Assembly (NCBI RefSeq): GCF_006345805.1
Contig: NC_043003.1
Span: 61,628,001 to 61,692,000, forward strand
Origin: Octopus sinensis
Lineage: Eukaryota
DNA length: 64,000 nucleotides
Direction: 5' to 3'
Shown: piece after piece, positions 1 to 12,965 of the stretch
How positions within the stretch are numbered: the stretch's first letter is position 1
Layout: each line of letters starts with the position of its first letter
Notes under the pieces: model-generated
The model's input: the letters and a program-made list of their open reading frames with translations, nothing else
Database searches by the model: none
What the model was told of the DNA's origin: nothing
Position numbers and translations under genes: made by a program

Positions 1-215
1 TTTCATCTAGTTTCAGCTCATGAGTGGTGGCCATGCTGGGGCACCGCCATTTATTAAAGAGTACAGCAGGGATCGCCACCACCCCCTGCTGGAGCCTCAT
101 GGAGCTTTAGATGTTTTTGCTCAATAAACACTCACAACGCCCGGTCTGGGAATCGAAACCGTGATCCTACAACTGCGAGTCTGCTATCCTAACCACTGGG
201 CCATTGCGCCTCCAC
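1..215 (-). mobile_element. tRNA-derived SINE, head fused to SINE-A 3' tail
   Basis: Minus strand reads GTGGAGGCGCAATGGCCCAGTGGTTAGG (A box) ... GGTTTCGATTCCC (B box), then ...GTACTCT joined to GGCGGTGCCCCAGCATGGCC; near-identical to 63339-63542. Confidence 0.85.
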
Positions 216-769
216 GTGTTGTGCATAAGAATATGAGTGTGAAAGGCTGCTGACAGAGAAGTGGTAGAGGAATAAGAGAAAATATAGAGAAAGAAAAATT
301 ACAATACAACAACAGTGCAAAAATTAGTGGAGCTACATGGAGGGGCAAAGAGCAGGCAATAGAGGTGTGAGCATGTGTCAGATAAGAAGGTAAGGCATAA
401 AGCATAGCAGCAAAAGGGAGAAAATAAAAATAAACAAGAGAAAAATTTTTAAAAATCAAAAGAATTATGCAAAAGAAAAACAAAGAACACGAAGAAAGGT
501 GAAAGGTATGAGTTCAAGAGCAGAGAGAGAGAGAGAGAGAAAAAGAGAGAGAGAGAGACAGGCAGACAGACAGGAAGAGTGAAAAAAGAGAAAATGGAGA
601 AAAATATTTTACAATGAAACTGATTATAATGCTGGAAGTTATATTACTGGTCCAAAGTGAGGGAAGATAGAAGCCGAAGAATGAAAAATGAGCAAAAGTG
701 GTGTATGCACATGTAGAAGGTTTATAATGCAGAGGAGTAAAAACAGAAAAGAATTTATATTCATACATA

Positions 770-891
770 AATATATTCTTTTATTTGTTTCAGTCATTTG
801 ACTGCGGCCATGCTGGAGCACCGCCTTTAGTCGAGCAAATTGACCATGTGGTTGGTAAGCAAGCTACTTACCACACAGCCACTCCTACGCC

Positions 892-892
<1 letters not shown>
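770..892 (-). mobile_element. Internally deleted copy of abundant SINE ('SINE-A')
   Basis: Head GGAGTGGCTGTGTGGTAAGTAGCTTGCTTACCAACCACATGG joined directly to tail TAAAGGCGGTGCTCCAGCATGGCCGCAGTCAAATGACTGAAACAA; compare full copy 19932-20312. Confidence 0.8.
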
Positions 893-923
<31 letters not shown>

Positions 924-1258
924 TATACAGATATATAGAAATATATACACACTATGAATTGTAGTTTCTTGAATGTGAGAAAGGCAGTTCTGTAATTTCA
1001 TGCTGAACAACCCACATAGACGATTTATTTATATTGATCAAATGTTTGCACTGTACATTAGCTCACACCCTCCATCAGATCAACATTGGTTGTACAGGTG
1101 CACAGTGTACAGTTTATCAGGTGTTGAAGTGATTGCAAATCAACATGAATAAAAATGTTTTGCACAAGAACAGGACACACTGCCTGGTCCAGGAGTTGAA
1201 CCTATGGTCTCGTGATTGTGAGTGCAAACCTTAACCACCACATCACATGACCTAATAC

Positions 1259-1710
1259 ATCTATCTATCTATCCGCTCAGTCAAAGTCGACTCACGGTCA
1301 CTTGTTGGATCAGTGTCCTCCAGTCAGTTCTATCCTGGGCCGCTTCTTTCAGATTGGCTATGTCCATTCCGGTATCCCTTATGATGGTGTCAAGCCAACG
1401 GGTTCTTGGTCGGCCTCTTCCTCTCTTGCCACTGACCATTCCGAGCATGATGTCCTTCTCCAGGGATTTTCTCCGCATAATATGACCGAAACATGCCAAT
1501 CTATGCTTGATGATCCTAGCTTCTAGCGACATTTTCTGCTTAAGAACTTCCCCATTGGTGAGCCTCGCTGTCCATGGAATCCGTAAAAGTCTTCTCCAAC
1601 ACCAAAGCTCGAATGCATTAATTCTCTTCTGGTCAGCTTTCTTTAGTGTCCAGGTCTCGCATCCATATGTTGCAATTGGGAAGACAATTGCATTCACCAA
1701 TCTGCATTTG
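1259..1710 (-). mobile_element. 5'-truncated RTE LINE (BovB-like C-terminus) with (GATA)n tail
   Basis: Open ORF VFPIATYGCETWTLKKADQKRINAFELWCWRRLLRIPWTAR...FGHIMRRKSLEKDIMLG..GKRGRGRPRTRWLD resembles the RTE-BovB C-terminal region; short 3' end GAGTCGACTTTGACTGAGCG then GATAGATAGATAG. Confidence 0.9.
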
Positions 1711-1741
1711 GGCTAGGGTTAGGGTTACATATATATATATG

Positions 1742-1972
1742 TTTCTTTATTGTCCACAAGGGGCTAAACATAGAGGGGACAAACAAGGACAAACAAACGG
1801 ATTAAGTTGATTATATCGACCCCAGTGCGTAACTGGTACTTATTTAATCGACCTCGAAAGGATAAAAGGCAAAGTCAACCTCGGTGGAATTTGAACTCAG
1901 AACGTAACGCCAGAAGAAATACCGCTAAGCATTTCGCCCGGTACGCTAACGTTTCTGCCAACTCGCCGCCTT
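1742..1972 (-). mobile_element. tRNA-derived SINE ('SINE-B'), full length
   Basis: Minus strand AAGGCGGCGAGTTGGCAGAAACGTTAGCGTACCGGGCGAAATGC...GAGTTCAAATTCC (B-box-like); homologous to 18873-19105 and 21776-21998. Confidence 0.85.
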
Positions 1973-2615
1973 TAACATATATATATATATATATATATAG
2001 ATACATACACACACACTCATACACATATATGTATGCAAAGAGAGAGAGAAAAATACATGAGGAAATAACAGAGCAAGGAAAGAAAGTGAGAAAAGGAAAA
2101 GAAGCAACTTGATATGTGGAGATAGCAAAAGAGGGTGTTGAAAGGAAAATGTAAATTTACTTTATATTGTCTAAACACTGACTGATAATGGTTTAGTTTA
2201 AATTTTCATATAAGAATTGTTGATTTCTCAAAGCAATAAATATTTCACCTTGACATTCGCTACAGACATTTGTTTTTATTTTGAATCTTGTTATAAAGGC
2301 GATGTCTAAATATAATTGAATTTAAATCTATTGCTTTTGGAAATAAAATTTTATGTAAATGCAGAAATGTATATTGTAAATATTGATATCAAAAACGATT
2401 ATAAGAAAAATAAAAGTGCTTTGCCTTTAATATAATTCAATTAAAGATAACACAAAACCTATCCCTGAGAGTTGCCCAGAAATACCTTTTTTCCTTGCCT
2501 TTATTTTGTGTGTAAAAATATAATACATATATGTGAAAATATATAATTGGAAATACAAATTATTAAAAGAGTCTTTGATGTTATAGATATATATTAAATA
2601 ATACCTAAATTAAAG

Positions 2616-2626
2616 ATGTGTGTTTG

Positions 2627-2663
<37 letters not shown>

Positions 2664-2975
2664 CTATATATATATATATACACATATACACCTATATATA
2701 TATATATATATATATCCCTATACATGTATATATATATACATATACCTATATATATATATATATATATAATATATATATATATTATATATATATATCATAT
2801 ACATATATATATAACGGGATATACCTATGTATGTATACTATGTGTACATATATATCTATGTATATATATACCTATATATGTGTATATATATATGTATGTG
2901 TATATATATATATATATATATACGTGTATATATATATATATATGTATGCATATATATATATTTATATATATATAT
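2616..2975. repeat. (TA)n-rich simple repeat
   Basis: Long interrupted TA tract; source of spurious IY/YI ORFs. Confidence 0.95.
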
Positions 2976-3464
2976 CAAAGCATATGGAATGTTAGAGAAA
3001 CTTAGGTAGCAGTGTATTTGCATGCATGAATGGCTTAAGTGAAGTTCATTTGAAATGCATGAAAAATTATTTTGTTCAAATCTTATATCTGCAGCTATAT
3101 AGATAATAAAACATTTCATTCAGCTTTGACTGAATGAATGGATAAATGTAAGTTGAGTACTAAGAGACAGTCAATCATATAGATAGCAACAAATAGCACC
3201 ATCTTTACATTGGATTGATTATTGACCTTTTAAACTTTAATCTAGCCAAGGTCAACTTCATTTCCACTATCTCCAGTAATTAATAGAAGGGTCACAGGTC
3301 AAAATAGTTATATGTAGCAAGAGAGAACTGCATAGGATGTTGCTGTTAATGATATAGCAAAGTTAAACTTTCAATGTAAATTGAAATCAGCAGAATATCA
3401 ATTTTGGACGTAGGTAGCATACATTCACACAGACACAGACACACACATATACATATACACACAT

Positions 3465-3532
<68 letters not shown>

Positions 3533-3633
3533 TATATACACAAACACATAAATATACACACACATACATACACACACATATACACAATATGCTTATTACA
3601 TAATTATATATATATATATATGTATATATATAT

Positions 3634-3997
3634 TCAATTGACTGTGGCCATGCTGGGGCACCGCCTTTAGACGAGCAAATCGACCCCAGGACTTATTCTT
3701 TGTAAGCTTAGTACTTATTCTATCAGGCTCTTTTGCTAAACTGCTACGTTATGGGGACATAAACACACCAACATCGGTTGTCAAGCGATGTTGGGGAAAC
3801 AAATACAGACACACACACACACACACACACACACATATGCACACACGTCAGGCTTCTTTCAGTTTCTGCCTACCAAATCCACTCACAAGGCTTTGGTCAG
3901 CTTCAGGCTATAGTAGAAGGCACTTGCTCAAGATGCCATGCAGTGGCTCCATGTGGTTGGTAAGCAAGCTACTTACCAAACAGCCACTTCTGCACCT
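3634..3997 (-). mobile_element. SINE-A
   Basis: Colinear with 19932-20312, including internal (CA)n tract. Confidence 0.85.
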
Positions 3998-4002
3998 ATA
4001 TG

Positions 4003-4265
4003 TATGTATTTATTCTTTTACTTGCTTCATTAATTGAACTGCAGCCATGCTGGAGCACTGCCTTATTGGTTTTTTTAGTTGAAGAAATCAACCCCAGAAT
4101 TTATTTTTGGAAGCCTAGTACTTATTCTATTGATCTCTTTTGCTGAAATGCTAAGTTACATCAACACTGTTTGTCAAACAAATGGAGGGTGACAAACACA
4201 GACACAAACACATAAATATATGCATATATATATATATAATATATATATATATATTATATATATAT

Positions 4266-4310
<45 letters not shown>

Positions 4311-4392
4311 GATGATCTTCTTTCAGTTTCTGTCCACCAAATCCACTCACAAGGCTTTGGTTGGCCTAAGGCTATAGTAGAAGACACTTGTA
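4003..4392 (-). mobile_element. SINE-A (head truncated)
   Basis: Second tandem copy; tail and body match SINE-A. Confidence 0.8.
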
Positions 4393-4743
4393 TATAATAC
4401 ACAGACACACACAAATATACATGTATATATGTCTGCATTAAGCAGACAATCAGATGCTATTATACACCACTGGTCACAATGCTCTTCTAATTACATGCAT
4501 ATATTTCTTTTATATCATCATTTTACATGTTTACTATGCTTGTACGATATAATACAATACACACACACTAACACAAACACACACATACATACATGTATAT
4601 AACTTTATCTTCTATCACTTACAGTTATTGGACTGTGAATCAAACGGATCAACCCCATTTTATTTTTTTCTCATATAAGGACAAAATTTTTCAAAATAAA
4701 TCTTATCAATGGCCAGCATATTAAAATACCTTTTAAGATGAAA

Positions 4744-5014
4744 ATTATAATCAATTATAAATAAGGGCAACAGAAAAATTTTCTATGCCAAATACACAGC
4801 ATTTTGAAACGAGGAAAATAAACTGATGAAGGAAGAATCCTTTTGGATTAATTCAGAAATTGGTCCGATTCTGTTAGCTTGCTTTCCTCATTTTAACACG
4901 CTGAGTATTTATAGTGAAAAATATTGTATGTTGTTAGATGATCTAAAGTCTATTTTTCAGCATATTGGCATAGAAAATTTTTTACTTTTGTCCTTATTTA
5001 TAATTGTTTATAAT
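4744..5014. mobile_element. MITE-like element with ~52-bp inverted repeats, inside a SINE-A remnant
   Basis: 4744-4795 ATTATAATCAATTATAAATAAGGGCAACAGAAAAATTTTCTATGCCAAATAC is an imperfect reverse complement of 4963-5014; SINE-A resumes at 5039 (TAAGCCTGGTACTTATTC). Confidence 0.65.
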
Positions 5015-5454
5015 CATTTTATTTTTTTATTTGTTATTTAAGCCTGGTACTTATTCTATCAATTACTTTTGCCAAACCACTAAGTTACAGCAACATAAAT
5101 GCACTTACCAACACCAGTTAGGAAGAGAAACACAAACGCACACCCACATATAATAATCGGTTAAAAAAACAAAAGATGGATTTGGTATTATTCTTTATTG
5201 CATACAACAATCATTTCAACCCATCCAGCAACTGTCTCTTAAAGGTGGGATGCTGTGCATCATATTGTGTTGCATCAACTTTGCAGTCTGGGTTACATCA
5301 GGTACATTCATACATAAAGTGGTGTCTCACAAAAAATCTCGAGTTCAGGCAGTCATGTTGTTATTTGCCCAAACCAAGTCAGTGCTTTACTTAACACATC
5401 AACACACTAAATGACATATACCCATTAGTCCCCAAAATTACACACACACATGTA

Positions 5455-5802
5455 TATCATCATCATCATCATCTTCGTTTAGCATCTGCTTTCCATGCTA
5501 GCATGGGTCGGACAGTTCAACTGGGGTCTGGGAAGCCAGAAGGCTGCACCAGGCCCAGTCTGATCTGGCAATGTTTCTACGGCTGGATGCCCTTCCTAAC
5601 GCCAACCACTCTGTGAGTGTAGTGGGTGCTTTTTACGTGCCAGACGAGGCTGGCAAACGGCCACGATCGGATGGTGCTTTTTACGTGCCACCGGCACGGG
5701 GGCCAGGCGAGGCTGGCAACGGCCACAATCGGATGGTGCTTTTTACGTGCCACCAGCACTGGTATCACAGCTGCAATTTTCATTGATGTTGATCGATTTC
5801 GA
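5455..5802 (-). mobile_element. 3' end of the RTE family (3'UTR plus (TGA)n tail)
   Basis: Reverse complement of the 3'UTR of the 37608-39940 LINE; three copies of GGTGCTTTTTACGTGCCA. Confidence 0.85.
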
Positions 5803-5813
5803 TGAATTTATGT

Positions 5814-5970
5814 AATCAAAATAAGCAACAAGGGTATCCAGAGGTAATGCAGTACAATTGTTTCATGCAACTCCATTTAATTGAACAATGCAGTCATTAC
5901 ATTTTAAATGGAGTTGCGTGAAACAATCGTACTGCATTACCTCTGGATATCCTTGTGACGTATTTTGATT
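5814..5970. repeat. 157-bp hairpin element (67-bp arms, 23-nt loop)
   Basis: 5814-5880 pairs with 5904-5970; a half copy (one arm plus loop) lies at 44711-44810. Confidence 0.85.
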
Positions 5971-6437
5971 TTAGTCACCTTATTTTGAAATTGTATGGAT
6001 AATACCGTACTAAATTCTGGTGCCTCAACTTAGGTACCATATTCATCTGAATCTAAATTTTTGTTGAACTCATCTACCATACCTATGTATATATGTATGT
6101 ACATAAGTATGTATGTATGTAGTATGTATGTATGTATGTATGTATGTATGTATGTATGTATATACATATATATAAGTGTATAGAGCTCTTGAATAAAGCA
6201 CTTCATTTCACATTGCTTTGCAATCATTTCGACATCTGGCATGTGCCACCTGTTGCACTTGTACAGGTAATGTCATATCGATTTGATAGAGGGAATGAGC
6301 TTATGTCTAGACAAACATTTGATCACTATAAACAAATCATCTGTGTGGTTGTTTGGTAAGAAATTGTCGAATTCTCATATGTTGTCTAACAACAGGAGAG
6401 TCCATTATGAGTGTATATATATATATATATACATATA

Positions 6438-7727
6438 TTGGGTTGGCAACTAAGTTCCCATCGTTTTTTTAAATTTTGGAATTTATTGCGTTTTTAAATT
6501 TTGGAATCTATTTTTTTCAAGAATTCTATTTTTGAATCATTTTGGAATCTATTTTGTCTTTTTTCTAGTTAATTTTAGTTAATTTTTGTTTATTTTCAGA
6601 TCATTAAAATGGAATGTCAAGTAAAGAAAAACAAGCATTTTTGACACCTCCTTCCTTTTGCTTTTAATCAAAGTTCTAAGGCTGCAAAAGCTGCTCGTGA
6701 CATTTGTGGTGTGTATAGAGAGGGTGCCATAGCTGAAAGAACCACTCGTGATTGGTATGTCAAGTTCAAAAATGGAAATTTTGACCTCAAAGACGCACCT
6801 TGTTCTGGCCGTCCAGTTGAGTTCAGTGAAGAGCGAGTAAACCAACTTTTGCCCGAAAATTCTCATCAAATGACAAGGGAACTGGCAGAGAAAATGGAAT
6901 GTTCCCACACTGCTATCGAGAAGCATCTTCACTCGATGATGGAGCATGGGTTCCACATGCTTTAAGTGACAACAACAAAAATCAACAAGCCACAATCTCC
7001 GCTGGCTTGCTTGCTTGTCACCGCTCAACTCATGGACACAAGCAATGATTTCTTTACCGAATCATTACTGGCAACGAAAAATGGTGCCTGTACATCAATA
7101 TGAAGCAGCGTATGGAATGGCTTAGCCCTGGTAAGGAATGGCTTAGCCCCGGTAAACAAGCGGGACTACGTGTGAAACAAGATCTTCATCCGCGTAAAAT
7201 GATGTTGTGTGTATGGTGGGACTGGGAAGGGATTATCCATTATGAATTGCTTGAACGGAACTATACAGTCATTGTAGAATTCTATGTTCAACAGATGGAA
7301 CAACTATTCAAGAGAAAAGACCTAATCGGCAGCATGGAGTTCTTCTGCTGCACAACAACGCCCACCCTCATATCACTAATATAACCAAGGAAGCCATTCA
7401 AACGCATGGCTGGGATGTGCTGCCACACCCGCCGTACTCTCCTGATTTGGCACCAATGGATTTCCACCTCTTTCGATCTCTTTCAAATGCTATGCGTGGA
7501 GTATCATTCATTACTGATGCAGAATTAAGAGCTTGGTTAGATCAATTTTTCAAGTCAAAATCAGGTAATTTCTACCAACAGGGTATTGTAAATCTTGTTG
7601 AATGTTGGGAGGAAGTTGTAAACAACAAAGGTGAATACATTATTGATTAATTAATTGTTATTTTTTATTAACCCTTTTAAAAAATTGAAATTTAAAAAAA
7701 ATGGCGGAAACTTAGTTGCCAACCCAA
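6438..7727 (+). mobile_element. Full-length mariner (DD34D) transposon, inactive
   Basis: TIRs TTGGGTTGGCAACTAAGTT / AACTTAGTTGCCAACCCAA flanked by TA; 1290 bp; disrupted transposase 6609-7650 with HTH, WVPHAL, ITGNEKW, LHNNA, YSPDLAPMDF (first two catalytic D appear as N), stops and frameshifts. Confidence 0.95.
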
Positions 7728-7740
7728 TATATATATATAA

Positions 7741-8350
7741 GAAAAAATTATTAAATAGTGCAATAAGGTAGTATTGCTTCCCACTAAAACAAAGCACCAT
7801 AAAGTTAAAGTATAAATAAGATAGTGGTACAACAATGCAGCACCAATATTTACTGGAAATAGCAGTCAATAATGTACGACTCTATAGTAAAGCTTCACAG
7901 TATATATACTGGCAAAAATGTTTGTGGGTGGCAAACATAAAAAATTTCATCTTACTTGTAGGAAGAACATTAAATAAATGTACAACCCAGATGTGGACAA
8001 TCTAGGACCTAGATTTCGAACTTTCCAAATTACGTTTGTTAACGTAAATTTGATTAGTTCTCATTGGCTGAATTCACCTAGACATAATCACAAATGTCGC
8101 TACATCAATGCCAGTGTTTACTCGTCTGAAACGCCTAGTCGTTAACAGACCGAGAACAGTGAAAAAGTTTCAAAAGAAAAAAAATTATTAAATAGTGAAA
8201 TACAGTAGTATTGCTTTCTAGTAAAACAAAACGCCATCAGGTTAAAGTATAAATAACATAGTGGTACAACAATGCACCAATATTTACTGGATTATTGACT
8301 GCTATTTCCAGTACATATTAGTGCATTGTTGTACCACTATCTTATTTATA
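7741..8350. mobile_element. Unclassified fold-back element (direct plus inverted repeats)
   Basis: 7741-7855 is directly repeated at 8176-8290; 7811-7873 is inverted at 8291-8350; 8248-8350 forms a self-contained hairpin. Confidence 0.7.
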
Positions 8351-8385
8351 TCTATATCTATCTATCTATCTATCTATCTATCTAG

Positions 8386-8450
<65 letters not shown>

Positions 8451-9586
8451 ACAGGCTTCTTCCAGTTTCCCTCTACCAAATCCACTTCATAAGGTTTTGG
8501 TTGGCCTGAGGCTATAGTAGAAGAAACATGCCCAAAATGCCACCCAGTAGGACTGAACCTGGAATCATGTCGTTGAAAAGCAAGCTTCTTACCACACAGT
8601 CATGCTTTCACCAATATCATCATTTTCATCACCATCATTTAATGTCTGTTGTCCATGCTGATATATATATCTTGTTATCTATGCCTATTAGTTGTTAACA
8701 TAAATCTTGAAGCGGGTAGATCTATGTAGAGTAAAACATTGAGCAATTGTAACTTACATTTTTGTATACTAGTCAAGATTTAAATAAAGACTGAATATGC
8801 ATATAGTATGTTATACGACAAGATAAAAATTGTCTATAACAGCAATTACTGATGTTTATTTTTATACATCCAAATAATGTATACATAAATACATACATAC
8901 ATATATACATGCATTCATACATAAATGCATTTAAACACATCCATATATTTTCTCCTTACAGATAAAAAAAACAAAAAAATGGACAATTTTCTCTCCTGAC
9001 AAATGCAAAATAGATTTTGTTCTCACACATCAAAGAAAATCACAGAATTTAAAACTTCATTTTCCAAAATTCTAACACTTCAATTCACAAGAATTTTTAA
9101 AGCTCAAGGAAAAGTAAGACTTATAATGATATTTTACAAGAATATATCTTAAAAGATATCACTCTCTGAAAAGAAAGGATGTTGTACATAAATGGAATAG
9201 TATTACTGCTGTTGTTAAGAAGAAAACAAGAAAATGTTATAAAGACATTTAAAGTACATAATATATATTACAAAACAAAACAAAAAATTGATATTAGATG
9301 TAAAACAAACAAAATCTGCTTCATTTGCTAAAACTTCTCTTTCACTGATATCATGTGTATTTTGCATTATTATAATAGCATTCTGCCTCACATAACATGG
9401 ATTCATTCAAATATAGAAGAATTCATGGTTGTGTAATGAAGAAACTTTGTAACAAAAATCAAATGGTCTTGGGTTCCATTCCACTATGCAGTGTCTTGAG
9501 CAAGTATCCGCTCTCAAAGCCTCAGGTTGACCAACGCATTGCCATCATTGTCATCGTCACCATCACCATGATAATAATAATAATAT

Positions 9587-10590
9587 CAAGAGCACTCAGA
9601 GAGCACAAACCTCTGCCAAGGCAACACCAATGTCCTCTCAACGATTAGCCGGAGATGATTTTTAAAATGAAAATATCTGAAATAAACCCGACTGCTCTCA
9701 CAAATGAGAATACTAAAAATAAACCTGACCACTCTCAAAAATTAAGTTAAAAAACAGGAAAAATAATCCAGAATCCTTGTTCAGTACCTGACCGATCCCA
9801 ATGGTAGTCATGGAATGTGAAGGTGGGTGTGTGGGCCGTGTTTGTAATGTTGTGTGTGTGTGTCATCTGCTGTGGGAACAGGGACAGTTTTCTCTATGAA
9901 GGCCTTTTTTAGTTTATCCACTGATATAGTGTCTTTACAACCATTGAGGTCTATAGCGAAAAATTAATCCGTGCATGAAAAAAAACAGAAAGGACCAGTA
10001 TACGGTGCAGTTAATGAAGGTTTAACAACATCGTTGCACAAAAAAACGTGAGTCCAAGAAGTAAAGCTTCCTTCAAGGCAGAGCTAGAAATGCAATTGTC
10101 AAGTAGGTAAGAGGCTTTAAACAGGAGCAATATATTCAAAATTAGTAAAGCTAAAAATTGTTAAGGATAAATTAAATGTATTATTGTTACTGAATATGGT
10201 AGTATTATTTAAATTCTGAATGGTTTTGCTGCCATTTGTGTAGTTTGAGAGCCGCGAGTAAAATTAATAATAGAGACACAAAAACAAAACTCTGGAAACA
10301 GGAATGCCACCATAGCTTACAAGGAAACCATGAGCTTGCTTTCAAGGGAGATAACCAGAGAAAGACTTGAAAGTCAACGTAAGATCGTAATACTTCATGT
10401 AAAGTAAATATAAAAAAATAATCCAGAATCCATGTCCAGTACTGGATCGATCCCAAAATCTAATCAGTTTGTGCCAGTCATGAGGCCAAACATCCCTGAA
10501 AGTTTCATCCGAATCCATTACATGGTTCTTAAATATTTTGTCCATGGACAAACAAACAGACAAACAAACATGACTGAAAAACAATAATGG
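9587..10590 (+). mobile_element. Helentron-like non-autonomous element (HINE-like) with internal cargo, 3' end lost
   Basis: Starts CAAGAGCACTCAGAGAGCACAAACCTCTGCCAAGG as at 16633; resumes at AATCCAGAATC...GATCCCAAAATCTAATCAG after ~620 bp of unrelated DNA. Confidence 0.6.
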
Positions 10591-10832
10591 TTTCTTTTCC
10601 CACTGGAAATAGGTAATAACGGTTTCGATTTTTGGCACAAGGCCAGCAATTTGGGGGGAGGAGACAAGTCAATTATACTGACTGCAGAGTCAATATAATC
10701 TATCAGCCCTAAAACGATGAAAGGCAAAGTCAACCATGGCAGAATTTGAACTCACAATGTAAAAAAAAACAAAACACCACTCTGCATTTTGCCTGACTTT
10801 GTCAGCTCACCGCCTTGATAATAATAATATCA

Positions 10833-11192
10833 TTTGACTGTGGCCATGCTGGAGCACCACCTTTAGTCGAGCAAATCGACCCCGGGACTTATTCTTTGTA
10901 AGCCTAGTACTTATTCTATCAGTTTCTTTTGCCGAAATGCTAAGTTACAGGGATGTAAACACACCCGCATCAGTTGTCAAGCAATGTTGGGGGGACAAAC
11001 ACAGACACACATAAATATATATACATATATACAATGGGCTTCTTTCAGTTTCCGTCTATCAAATCCACTCACAAGGCTTTGGTCAGCCTGAGGCTATAGT
11101 AGAAGAGACTTGCCCACGGTGCCACGCAGTGAGACTGAACCCAGAACCATGTGGTTGGTAAGCAAGCTACTTACCACACAGCCACTCCTGTG
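10833..11192 (-). mobile_element. SINE-A, full length
   Basis: Colinear with other copies. Confidence 0.85.
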
Positions 11193-12740
11193 CCTTTTTC
11201 TATATATATCACTATATAGAAAAAAGGCACAGGCACTCCTATGCCTTTTTCTATATAGTGATATATATATGTATTATATATATATCACTATTCACACATA
11301 TATATATACATATATCTGTATCTATCTTACATATACACATGCCCAAATGCACACAGAGTAAAACAACATGCCACAAAATGTATCAGCTTGCGATGTTCCC
11401 ACTCAAACCTTCTCAGCAGTTACTAACATTAAAAATTTTGCATTAGATATAATTACTCTCACCCAGAATTACTACTGTGAGAGAATTTAATTACATTGTT
11501 GATACTGGGTTTCATCTTGGGATCAATAATTGCTGATGTTCTGAAATTAAATTTACTATGCAAGCTAAATTGAGAAACAATATTTAACCCTTTTGTAATC
11601 ATATTTCTAACAAATATATACAGATGTGTATTTCAATTAATTTTCAAAATAATCAGGAATTTAAATTGAATTAAGTAAAATAACAGTAACTTTTGTTTTT
11701 CCCTCTTTTTTTATATTTATTGTTATATTCAAGCTGAGATTTAGAACGCAACTTAACAAAAGGCTTTTATATTAAATGACAGAAAGTCTATCTATGGACA
11801 TACTGTGCTATAATTAACATAAAACTGATATTGTAACCAAGGCCCGCATTTGAATATGAATGCTTTAATAGACACATGATGAAATATTGGTTTAAAATCT
11901 GGGATATGCTGCTACTAGACACAGACATACAGCATTCTCCACAGAATGTGCAGTCTGAGGATCCAGCAAGCTGCAAGATTAAGTTGAGTGCCAAAATTGA
12001 CATTGGACTTGTTGCAACCCTACAACTCACAGGATCCTGTCAAACTGTACGACCCAAGTCAGCATAAGAAACAGATGTTAAATGATGATGATGATTATGA
12101 TGATGATGACAATGGTGATGATGACGATGATGATAATGATGATGACTGATTGTCATGCTGGTGACACATAAAAAGTACCATCCGATCAGATTGGAGCCTG
12201 GCGCAGCCTAGTGGCTTGACAGTCCCCAGCGAAATTGTCCAACCCATGCCAGCATGGAAAACGGACATATCATGATAATGATGATGATGATGATGCATAA
12301 CAGCACACTCAGATCTCAGGACCTCAGGTGTGCTGTCTCCTCAACCCGTTTCTACAATGGATTCTGTTCCTTAGACTGATCACACAACACCTCTACTCAT
12401 GCCCACAAGACTCACTCATTTTGTCTCTCCTTGTAGAATTCAATTTACCTAATTTCTTCATTCTTCAGACAGACAACACCTATGGCATTCTCCCCAAAGT
12501 GCAAGCATGTGTGGGGAACTGATGCTGGTTTGTTTATGTCCCCATAACTTAGCAGTTCAACAAAAGAAACCAGTAGAATAAGCAACAGGCTATTTTTAAA
12601 AGAAAAATACTGGGGGCAATTTATTCAACTAAACCTTTCAAAGCAGTGTCTGAGCTTAACTGTAGCCCAAGGAGAGAAACAAGTAAAAGATAAGTATGAT
12701 ATATAAAAGAAAGTAAGCAACAGTTTCCTATACTTTTTAC

Positions 12741-12965
12741 TTGAGCCTTTTTGCTCCCATATTTCTTTTATAATACACTACCTTTGTTTCAATTAATTTT
12801 GAATTTAATGAAGAATTTGGTAGCATAATTTTGTCATAATTAAGCTGATAATGTAGAACATGAATTAATATCAAATTTTTATGAACGTTTTTAATTAAAA
12901 AAAAAAAAGGAAGTTTATATTAGAGAACCAGGGGCGGTCCCAAGTGGGCTGATATCAAACAGTTC
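12741..12965. mobile_element. Degenerate piggyBac-like MITE (family of 49610-49839)
   Basis: Internal CCTTTGTTTCAATTAATTTTGAA..AATGAAGAATTT colinear with the 49.6-kb copy. Confidence 0.65.

Noticed and set aside
2616-3587. Long IY/YI/VC-rich ORFs (also at 27.3-27.9, 42.7-43.5 and 54.5-54.9 kb)
   Set aside because: They are translations of (TA)n, (GA)n and (TATG)n microsatellites
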